64,000 nt of DNA from Eledone cirrhosa (taxonomy: Eukaryota). Below the pieces are notes generated by a model. That model ran no database searches. It was not told the origin of the DNA and was given only the letters and a program-made list of their open reading frames with translations. Positions 54,634-64,000 of this stretch are shown piece by piece. Numbering within the stretch: position 1 is the first letter of the stretch; every line of letters begins with the position of its first letter. The stretch covers positions 82,832,001 through 82,896,000 of the forward strand of contig OZ024743.1 of assembly GCA_964016885.1 (NCBI GenBank), in the 5' to 3' direction. The position numbers and the translations under genes are program-made.

Positions 54634-54950
54634 ATGCAAATAGATGTGATATATATCTAAGAATGAATTAAACAGATCAGTGAACGATGCAAAAACTATA
54701 TTTACTGAATAGAACTCACAAAAAAATTGAAATCAAATATGGAGGTGGGGGAATCATTATATGAGGAAAATATGAGAAAAATGCTTAACACCTGTGAGAC
54801 ACATTGCAAGAGGCACATTTGTGAGACCCAGCCATGACCCACCCCCCTTCACATCAGCGACAACCACCATAACCACAAAAGAAACCCCATGTTTGCTATT
54901 CCTTTTGAAAACTGCTGGAGGGAATTTTTATCTGCTATGAATATTACTCA

Positions 54951-54994
<44 letters not shown>

Positions 54995-55377
54995 TAACTG
55001 ACAATAATGAGATACAACTGCTGAAGTTGAGCTGATTGTGGAATAACCATATAAAACCCAAACCATATACATACATATATACACATACACATATATACAT
55101 GATATATAAGCATGATCATATATATATGTGTGTGTATATATATGTATAAAGTGATATGATGATCAAGGGAAAGAAAATGTTGGTTTAGGACAAACAACAC
55201 TGCCTCTACATACATTTATATACACATCTTCATGAGGATTGCAGATGAAGAAAACTATACTATGTAGAGTGTGTGGGGGCTGCATGTATATACAGCACAG
55301 ACTTTAAACAATGGAAATGGAATAAAAACTGCATACACACACACAAAAACAACAAACTTTGATAAACCTGTGTAAAT

Positions 55378-55422
<45 letters not shown>

Positions 55423-55536
55423 AAACTAACAAACAAACATATATACAAATGAATGTATATTGAAATAATTACTTTCATCTTATTTTAAAATTTTTTTATG
55501 TTCTTTTTCATCACCATCATTCTGATGATAATAATA

Positions 55537-55578
<42 letters not shown>

Positions 55579-55880
55579 GGTGAAAAATGAAAGAAAAAAC
55601 AAAACTTTCTTACCGAGAATATTTGAGAATATTCTAAAACAGCTGCGACTAACATGTCGAAAAAAAGACAAAAAACAAATGCCTTGTGAAATATTGGCGG
55701 GCTGCTTATATATTAACTGAATATATACCTGCCTTATTTCCCATGGTGTGTATATATATATGTGTGTGTGTATGTGTGTGTGTCTGTGTGTGTGTTATAT
55801 GCTTTTGATTGTATCATATGTACATTTAATAATATATGCATGTGTATATATATATATACATACATTACTTTCTATTCAGT

Positions 55881-55915
<35 letters not shown>

Positions 55916-55996
55916 ATATACTATACAAAAACTACATGCATCTATGTGTATATAAATATGTGTGCATGTATTTATGTGTGTATATATATATACATG

Positions 55997-56028
<32 letters not shown>

Positions 56029-56203
56029 GTCGTAAGATATCATCCCAAAGGAAGACCCTCCCCATTTCAACTTGATGTTCTCAAGTCTCTTCAGGGGAAT
56101 TATCTATATATATTCACATATAGAGACCTGCTAACAAACATGTATATATGCAGATTGTTAGTAGACATTTCATACAGAGCTGCATGCATGCATCCCATTA
56201 TTG

Positions 56204-56291
<88 letters not shown>

Positions 56292-56443
56292 CGTACATAC
56301 ATTGTATATATCTTTGCTGTTAATTTGGGTTTAGCATGAAACGTCTCCCAGTGCTGCTGTTGATATTTTTTTTCTTTGGAGTTCAGTTGTTCATGCTAAT
56401 CTAAGAATGGACTAACTAATACAAAACAAGAGAGAGAATCTTT

Positions 56444-56490
<47 letters not shown>

Positions 56491-57151
56491 TGGGGAAATG
56501 ATGGAGACAGGGAAGAAATGGTGTCTCCTATCATTTTCTTTCTCTTTTTTTTTTTTTTTTGTAATAATTGAACTGATGTACTAAAACAATCTTTAAAAAA
56601 TGCTGAAGAAAAACTTTACCAAAAAAAATAAAATAAAAGCTATTTTATTTCAAGGAGCAAGAAGCCGAGGAATATTATTATTATCAAGAATATGAAGGAA
56701 AAAAAGTTTTGCAAAAAAAAATAATACTATAAAAAAAAGAAAAAGACTAACAGCTATAATTATTATTATCAACTGAACATTTGAATTTTTTTTTTTCAAT
56801 TTTTGTTTTATTCAAAGAAATATTTCTGTTTTCCCTGGCATTGGAAGAACGGGAAAATAGAATATAATGACATTGTTGCAATTCTATGTATGTTAAAATT
56901 AGATCCCTCCAAGACATGGATACTGAATATATGAGTGAGTGTATATATATATATGTGTGTGTGTGTGTATGCATGAAATGAATAAATATATATATATACA
57001 TAGATGTATATATATAAAATAAATAAACATATATATATATATGCGTGCATGTGTGTGTGTTTGTGTGTGTATAATATTGATTGTCTTTAAAGAAAACTTA
57101 ACAAAGAAATGGTGTTATTTCATTACAAAACACTCAGAATAATTCAATGTT

Positions 57152-57157
57152 AATAAA
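57152..57157 (+). terminator. Candidate polyadenylation signal (would imply a ~3-kb 3' UTR)
   Basis: AATAAA followed ~35 nt later by a GT-rich tract; TE-poor DNA ends just after it. Other AATAAA hexamers exist upstream. Confidence 0.25.
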
Positions 57158-57226
57158 ATGGGAACGTTTATTGAAAAATTAAGAAATATGGTTTGTTTGA
57201 TTTTAACTATTTGAACACAACTCTTT

Positions 57227-57266
<40 letters not shown>

Positions 57267-57323
57267 TTCATTTTTGTATTTGTTTTGCAAGATTTCTTAT
57301 CTGAAAATATGTATTGAAACAGA

Positions 57324-57546
57324 TATTGTTATACTTTGGGAGACACACACCTGTTGGTTTTGACTTCAATTTATTACAAATTTCCAGTTAGTTGGTTTAA
57401 TAACCAGATGATTGTTTATTTATTGTCATGCCAACAACCATCCAGTTATTAAACCAACCAACTAGAAATTTGTAATAAATTGAAGTGAAAACCAACATGT
57501 TCATGTGTTTTTATTGGCAGCCCGACCCTCCCCAAGTATAACAATA
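57324..57546. mobile_element. Fold-back/MITE-like inverted repeat
   Basis: TATTGTTATACTT.GGG ... CCCAAGTATAACAATA ends and ~65-bp imperfect inner arms. Confidence 0.6.
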
Positions 57547-57626
57547 GATACTTTACACTTCATCATAGTTCAACACAAATTTCCATCAAGACAGGTTTCT
57601 TTTGTCTACTTGGTATCATCCTAAAA

Positions 57627-58650
57627 ATGGAGAACCAAAACAAACATTATCAATCCCTCATGCTTTTTTATTTAAAAAAAGGCAGGAAAGCAACAAAAAC
57701 CTGCAGGAGTATAAGAGCTGTGTACGGGATGGATGCTGTTACAGAACATGTGGGCTAGAAGTGGTTTTCAAGATTTCCATCAGGAAATTTTTCAATTCAA
57801 GATGCGTTATGCTCTAGCCAGCCAACTGAGATTAACAGCTGCAAAGTGAATGAGTTAGTCAACACCAACCTCCATCATATGACCAGAATGATCACAGATA
57901 ATCTTCAAATATCCAAATCGAATGTTGAAAACAATCTGCATCAACTTGGTTAGTCCAGCAGGCTTAATGTTTGGGTTCCACATAAACTAAATGAGGCTAA
58001 ACTCACCCAATGGATTTACATCTGCGATTCTTTGCAGAAACATGAAGAAAACAATACTTTTTTTTAAAGAGATTGATGTCTGGGGCAAAAAATGGATTGT
58101 CTATAATAATGTGAAGTGGAAGCTATCATGGAAGGTTATGCTTTCAATTTGGTGTGATTGGATGGGTATTGTTTTTTACGAGCTTCTTCCTACAAACAGG
58201 ACCATCAATTCGGATGTATGCTGTGACCAGCTGGACAAATTAAATGCAGTGATTCACCAGAAGTCTCCAGCATTTGGTAATAATGAGAACTTTGTCTTTC
58301 GTCAAGACAATGCCAGACCACATATTTCTTTGCAGACGCAGCAGAAGCTACTGCGGCTTGGCTGGGAAATTTAGCTTCCCCCTCCATATTGACCCGACTT
58401 CAAATTTCCACCCATTTAGGTCTCTTCAAAATTCAGGCTTTCCACTCAAGAGGATATAAAAATTCACCTAGCAGAGTTTTTCACTAGTAAAGACATGAGA
58501 ATCTTTGAGTAGAGGATAATGGATCTGCTGCAAGATGGCAGAAGATACTGGAACAAAACTAATATCATTGATTGAGTAAATTGCTTTTTGTTTAAAACTT
58601 GTGTCTTATTTCTTGCTTAAAAAATCGAACAACCTTTTTGGCCAACCTAA
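57627..58650 (+). mobile_element. mariner transposon remnant (transposase pseudogene, 3' TIR intact)
   Basis: MENQNKHYQSLMLFYLKKG, WVPHKL, KWIVYNNVK, KVMLSIWCDW, QDNARPH; ends ...TTTGGCCAACCTAA|TA. Confidence 0.9.
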
Positions 58651-58699
58651 TATATGTATAATGTGCATATATATATTTATGTGTATACATATATATATA

Positions 58700-58792
<93 letters not shown>

Positions 58793-58854
58793 TTATACAT
58801 ATATATATATATATGTGTTTGTGTGTATACATATATATATACATGTGTTTATAC

Positions 58855-58890
<36 letters not shown>

Positions 58891-58896
58891 ATACAT

Positions 58897-61050
58897 ATCA
58901 TCATCATCATCATCATCATTGTTTAACGTCCATCTTCCATGCTTGCATGGGTTTGGACGGGAGTTTTCCCACTTGAGGCAAGATTGGTTGTCTTGCTCGC
59001 ATAGGACTGTCTGGTGGGTTTTCTACGGCTGGATGCCCTTCCTAACACCAACCACATTTACAGTGTGGACTGGGAGGTTTTTACCGTGTTACCTACACAC
59101 CCACATTACAGCGTGGACTATGTGTTTTTTTTTTGTCGTGACACCTACACGACCTCATTTGTTTCGGACTGGATGTTGTGGTACCAACATAACTTCACAT
59201 TTAAGGGGGTGGTGTGGATGGGGTGGGGGTAGTGGGATGGGGGTGTATTTTGTTAGAGGTGCCTACTGACTGTAGGTTTCGCTTTGTACTTAGGCAAGGC
59301 GGGTCTTCTGTATTACTGTGTAGCGCCAAAGATCTCCGTCTAGTGACATTGTCTTGGAGAGGTGTAAGTGTGTGAGGTCGGAATTTATCAAGTCGTCCCA
59401 GGTTTTTCTGGGTCTGCCTACTCCGTGACTACTGTCTATTTTTATCGCCCTGCACTTTTTTATACAGCTGTCGTCTTTCATGCACATCACGTGACCGTAC
59501 CAATGTAGTCTTCTCTCGAGTAAACAACATCTGATCCCTCTTATTCCTAATTTCTCCCTTAGTTCGTTTATGCTTTGCCGTTCACATATATTACTATTAC
59601 ACATCCAGCGGAGCATGCAAGCTTCGTTCCTCTCCAGTCTGTGTATATCCTCTGCACACAATGCCCAGGTCTCACTGCCATGTAACATTGCTGTTCATAT
59701 GCAGGCATCATACAGCCTGCCTTTCATTTTTAGAGAGATTAGCGGCCAATAGTGGTATAAGCTCTCTGAACTTTTTCTATCCCGTTCTGACTCTAGCTAC
59801 CCTACTTTCAGAGCACCCTCCCCCACTGCTGATTTTGTCACCCAGGTAACGGAAGGTGTCCACTATTTCTATAGAACCATCTGTGCAATGGAATGAGCTA
59901 GTATTCTGTGGGCAGATGCTACTTATTGCACCAGAGCACCGGCCACATATAAAATCTATATTCTTAGTTAGCTTACCTGTGATCCCACTACATCTTTTAT
60001 GCACCCATACTTTGCATTTGGGACATAAAATGGAGTTTCTGCCTACTCCTTTCCTACACACTGAGCAAGGCCATTTCCCAGATGGGACCGGTGTCCTATT
60101 TTACTTCCTACAAACTAGAACTTTGTCTTAGACAAGTTAACTTTAAGGCCTTTTGATTCTAGGCCATGCTTCCATGTTTGGAATTTCTTCTCTAGTTTAG
60201 CCATTGATTCAGCTATGAGCGTTAGATCATCTGCGTATAGGAGTTCCGATGGGCAGCCAGTCTTGAACTCCTCTGTTATAGCCTGAAGGGCAATAATAAA
60301 TAGTAGGGGGTTAAGAACGGAGCCCTGATGAACACCAACTTTTACGTTAAACTCTTCACTATATTCGTTGTTAATACTAACCTTGCTGACTGTTTCTTTA
60401 TACATGGCTTGTATAGCTCTCACAAGCCATTCATCAACACCTAGTTTTCTAAGAGCCCACCAGATAATGGAGCGGGGGACTCTGTCAAAGGGTTTTTCCA
60501 AGTCAACAAAAGCTAAGTATAGGGGTCTACTTTTAGCTAGGTACTTCTGTAGTTGTCGTACAATGAAAAGAGTGTCTGTGGTACTTTTACCTGACCTGAC
60601 ACAAACCCGAACTGCATTTCGTCTAGATCAATTCGCTCTCTGATTAGTTGCGCTATTACGTTTTCTGTGACCTTCATGACCTGGTCGATTAATTTAATGC
60701 CTCTATAGTTACCCCTATCTAGGGCATCACCTTTACCCTTGTTAGTGATGCTGCTGCTACGCCAGTCCTTCGGAACAACCCCATTCTGTATGACTTGGTT
60801 TACTATGACCATAGTGTGACCCACCGTTCCAGATGCTTTCAGCATTTCAGCAACTATTTCCGAAGGCCCAGCCGCCTTACCCGTCTTCATATCTTTGATT
60901 GCCTTACTTATTATACTACCTTCAACTAGCACTGCTGGTCTCTCTATTGGGTCGATGTGGGGGAGACTGTCTTTCTCCCATTTATTCTCCTCATTTAGTA
61001 GCGTTTCGTAGTGACACTTCCAAGCTACCTTCTTATCAGCATCAGTGATG
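58897..61050 (-). mobile_element. RTE-clade LINE, 5'-truncated and frameshifted
   Basis: NYRGIKLID, VGVHQGSVLNPLLF, LLYADDL, C-rich insert CPKCKVWVHKRC, LHGSETW, RLHWYGHV, GRPRKTW; (GAT)n tail. Confidence 0.92.
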
Positions 61051-61086
61051 GCAAGTACACATATATATATATATGTATATGTATAC

Positions 61087-61120
<34 letters not shown>

Positions 61121-61419
61121 GTATATATATATGTGTATACATATATGTGTATACATATATATATATAGTAGTAATGCGTATAATCGAAGTTGCAGCTGCA
61201 AGTAGCAGGCTAGCCTTGATCATCGAAGACTGCCATGAAGCACTCAATGATGAGTAATTAATAAATTCCTCCTCAGAGTGAACACAAGAAGTTAGGTAAT
61301 AGTGACACAATGAATAATGTGTCCAGAGACATGTTGCCACGTTATACTACAATAACTAAGATACAAACGGTTAAAGACGAACCTATATATATAAGTAGAT
61401 TAAAATAAAATATATTTTA

Positions 61420-62268
61420 ATCATATACCATAAATCAGCTCAAATATGCTTTATACAGGCTAAAATCTGTATTTTGCAGAGCATTATTTCTTCAAAATAT
61501 TATTAAAGTACAATACTAAAGTATATTACTATTAAGAACATAGCAAGCAAAAAAATATAATTTTACCTTCATAATTGTCCATACTGTGGTTTCACCATGA
61601 TTATGAATACTAGCTAATTAATATAATTAATTAGGCAACCAAATTACATGGATCTTTAGTTGACTAGTCTTAATTAGATTGAACAGCTAATACAGCTAAA
61701 GGAAAACAATGTTATGAACTCCGCGTGGTTTAGCTATAGTTATTCAGTACAGAGTGAAATAACTTAATAAGAAGACATATGAAGCTAGAAACATCTTACA
61801 AGATCCTCAAATTTAACAACTCAACTTGAAATTAATTAACTAAAAGAAAGTAGCAACATTATAAAAGTGGATTAAAAGGAATTTATTTCAATCAGATTAT
61901 ACTATAAATCAGCTCAAATATACTTTATACAGGCTAAAATCCATATTATGCAAATAATTATTTATTCAACCTTTTAGCTGTAATAGCTGTCCATTCTAGA
62001 CGTTATTTCCAACACAAAAAAATTCATTAGAGGTTTCCTGAAATAGCTATTAATTAGTGTATCTTAAAACTAGTCTACTGAAGATCCATGTAGTCTTGAC
62101 TGTCTAATTAATTATGGTAATTAGCTAGTATTCGTAATCTTGGTGAAACTGCAGTATGGACAATTATGCAGGTAAAATATTTTTCCCTTAAATATTTTTT
62201 TTTACTTGCTATGATCTTAATCTTAATAGTAATATACTTGTGTATTGTACCTAAATAATATTTGAATA
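61420..62268. mobile_element. Penelope-type direct plus inverted pseudo-LTR structure containing a hammerhead
   Basis: ~61425-61495 repeats directly at ~61895-61970; ~61490-61705 is inverted at ~61970-62265. Confidence 0.65.
62073..62161 (+). ncRNA. Type I hammerhead-like motif with long stem II insert
   Basis: GTCTA-CTGAAGA-TCCA...TGGT-GAA-ACTGCAGT-A^TGGAC: palindromic stem III, GUA triplet, non-canonical U-U at the base of stem II. Decayed copy on the minus strand at ~61577-61667. Confidence 0.6.
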
Positions 62269-62272
62269 TATA

Positions 62273-64000
62273 TATCATCACCACCGTTTTACATCAATTC
62301 TTCCGCGCTAGCATGGGTTAGACGGGTTGTCCTGTTGTGGGTAATGCCAGGTTGGGTGACTTTGTCTTGCTCATATGGGAACTGATTTTGGCTTGATTTC
62401 TACAGCTGGATGCCCTTCCTAACACCAACCTCATTTACAGTGAGTACTGGGTGCTTTTTTACCATGGCGCCTACATGACTACTTTACAGTGAGGACTAGG
62501 TGCTTTTTTGGAGTGACACCTCCATGACCAATTTTCAGTGGGAGGGAATGGGGGCATATTGTCTATATGTTTCAGCTTTGGCTTGTACCCATGGGAAGTC
62601 GGGTCTTCTGTATTACTGCGTGATGCCAGAGGTCACGGTCCTGTATCATCGCCTTTGAGAGGTGATATTGGGCAAGGTCAGCTTTTATCACCTCATCCCA
62701 GGTCTTCTTGGGTCTCCCCACCCCAAGGTTTCCATCGACTTTTAGTGCCCTCCACCTTTTTATGCAGCTGTCATCCTTCATATGCATCACATGTCCATAC
62801 CAACGCAACCTCCTCTCCTGCACACAGCATTTGATTCCTCTTATGCTCAGTCTCTCTATCAATTCGTTTATGCTTTGCCATTTCCATATATTACTATTAC
62901 ACACCCATTGGAGCATGCAAGCTTCATTTCTTTCTAATCTACGCAAGTCTTCTACACTCAGCGCCCAGGTCTCACTACCATGTAACATTGCTGTTCGTAT
63001 ACACGCATCATACAGTCTGCCTTTCATTTTGAGGGAAAAGCCTTTTGCAGCTAGCAGTGGTAGTAGCTCCCTGAGCTTCTTCCATCCCATTCTTACCCTG
63101 GTTACTGTACTTCCAGAACACCCACCTCCACTGCTAATTCGATCACCTAGGTAGCAGAAGCTGTCTATTGTTTCTACAGAGCCCTCCCAGAGTTTGGTAG
63201 TGCTTGTTTCCTGTGGCAGTTTGCTGCTTACTGTCCCGGTGCAGCTGCTACATGTAAAGCCTACATTCATAACTAAGCTTCCTGAGATCCCACTACATCT
63301 CTTGTGTACCCATAGTTTGCATTTGGGGCAGAGGATGGAATTCCTACATACTGAGCAAGACCATTTCCCTGAGGGGATCTGGGTTCTGTTTTCTTGTCTA
63401 CTTACGAGAATCTTTGTCAGGTTGACTTTGAGACCTATTCTTTCTAGTCCTTGCTTCCATGTCTGGAATTTCTTCTTTAGTTCCACCATGGATTCAGTTA
63501 TAAGTGTAAGATCATCTGCATACAGAAGTTCCCATGGGTATCCGGTCTTAAACTCCTCTGTTATAGCCTGCAATACTATAATAAAAAGGAGAGGGCTAAG
63601 AACAGAGCCTTGGTGGACACCGACCTGTATGCTAAAATCCTCACTATAGCTATTGTTAACCCTAACTTTGCTGACTGCTCTTCTATACATAGATTGTACA
63701 GCTTTCACAAGCCATTCATCTACTCCTAGTTTTCTAAGGCCCCACCAGATTATAGCACGGAGCACTCTGTCGAAGGCTTTTTACAGATCGACAAATGCTA
63801 GGTAGAACTGCTTACTTTTAGCTAGGTACTTTTCCTGTAACTGCCTCACAAGGAAGAGAGCATCAGTGGTGCATTTTCCTGGCACAAATCCAAACTGCAT
63901 CTCATTTAGTTTTACCTGGTCCCTAATCAATTGTGCTATAACTCTTTCCGTTACTTTCATGACCCGGTCCATCAGCTTTATATCTCTATAGTTTCCTCTA
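62273..64000 (-). mobile_element. RTE-clade LINE (same family as 58897-61050), continues beyond the window
   Basis: 397-aa ORF with VGVHQGSVLSPLLF, LLYADDL, LHGSETW, RLRWYGHV, GRPKKTW; upstream QFGFVPGKCTTDA, LAFVDL; 3' UTR ends (GAT/GGT)n. Confidence 0.93.

Noticed and set aside
61050-61340. N-terminus of ORF 60537-61340 as part of the RTE protein
   Set aside because: Read-through into (TA)n and unrelated flank; RTE similarity stops near 61050.

Overview
AT-rich, microsatellite- and TE-dense eukaryotic DNA; the SINE/LINE complement suggests an Octopus-like cephalopod (inference). The window holds the last seven coding exons (+ strand, 7081-54111, all GT-AG and phase-consistent) of a TNRC18/BAHCC1/winged-eye family chromatin reader: tandem Tudor-like region, long Ser/Thr-rich linker, C-terminal BAH domain. 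Introns and flank contain large tandem arrays (48, 60, 48/44, 25, ~23 and 30 bp units) and decayed CR1, L1/Tx1, RTE and R4/Dong LINEs. There are also piggyBac and mariner remnants, TTAA MITEs, a probable Helitron and two SINE families. The most notable signal is a set of small non-coding elements inserted in (TA)n tracts that carry type I hammerhead ribozymes with palindromic stem III: a 321-nt tandem dimer with a compensatory U3-A8 core at 19.6-20.2 kb, a canonical monomer at 38.6 kb, and a long-stem-II variant at 62.1 kb. Several fold-back hairpins are centred on hammerhead 3' halves. Together these point to a Penelope-like/retrozyme-type circular-RNA system. Ribozyme folds were done by eye and are untested. 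Most long ORFs in the track are repeat artefacts.
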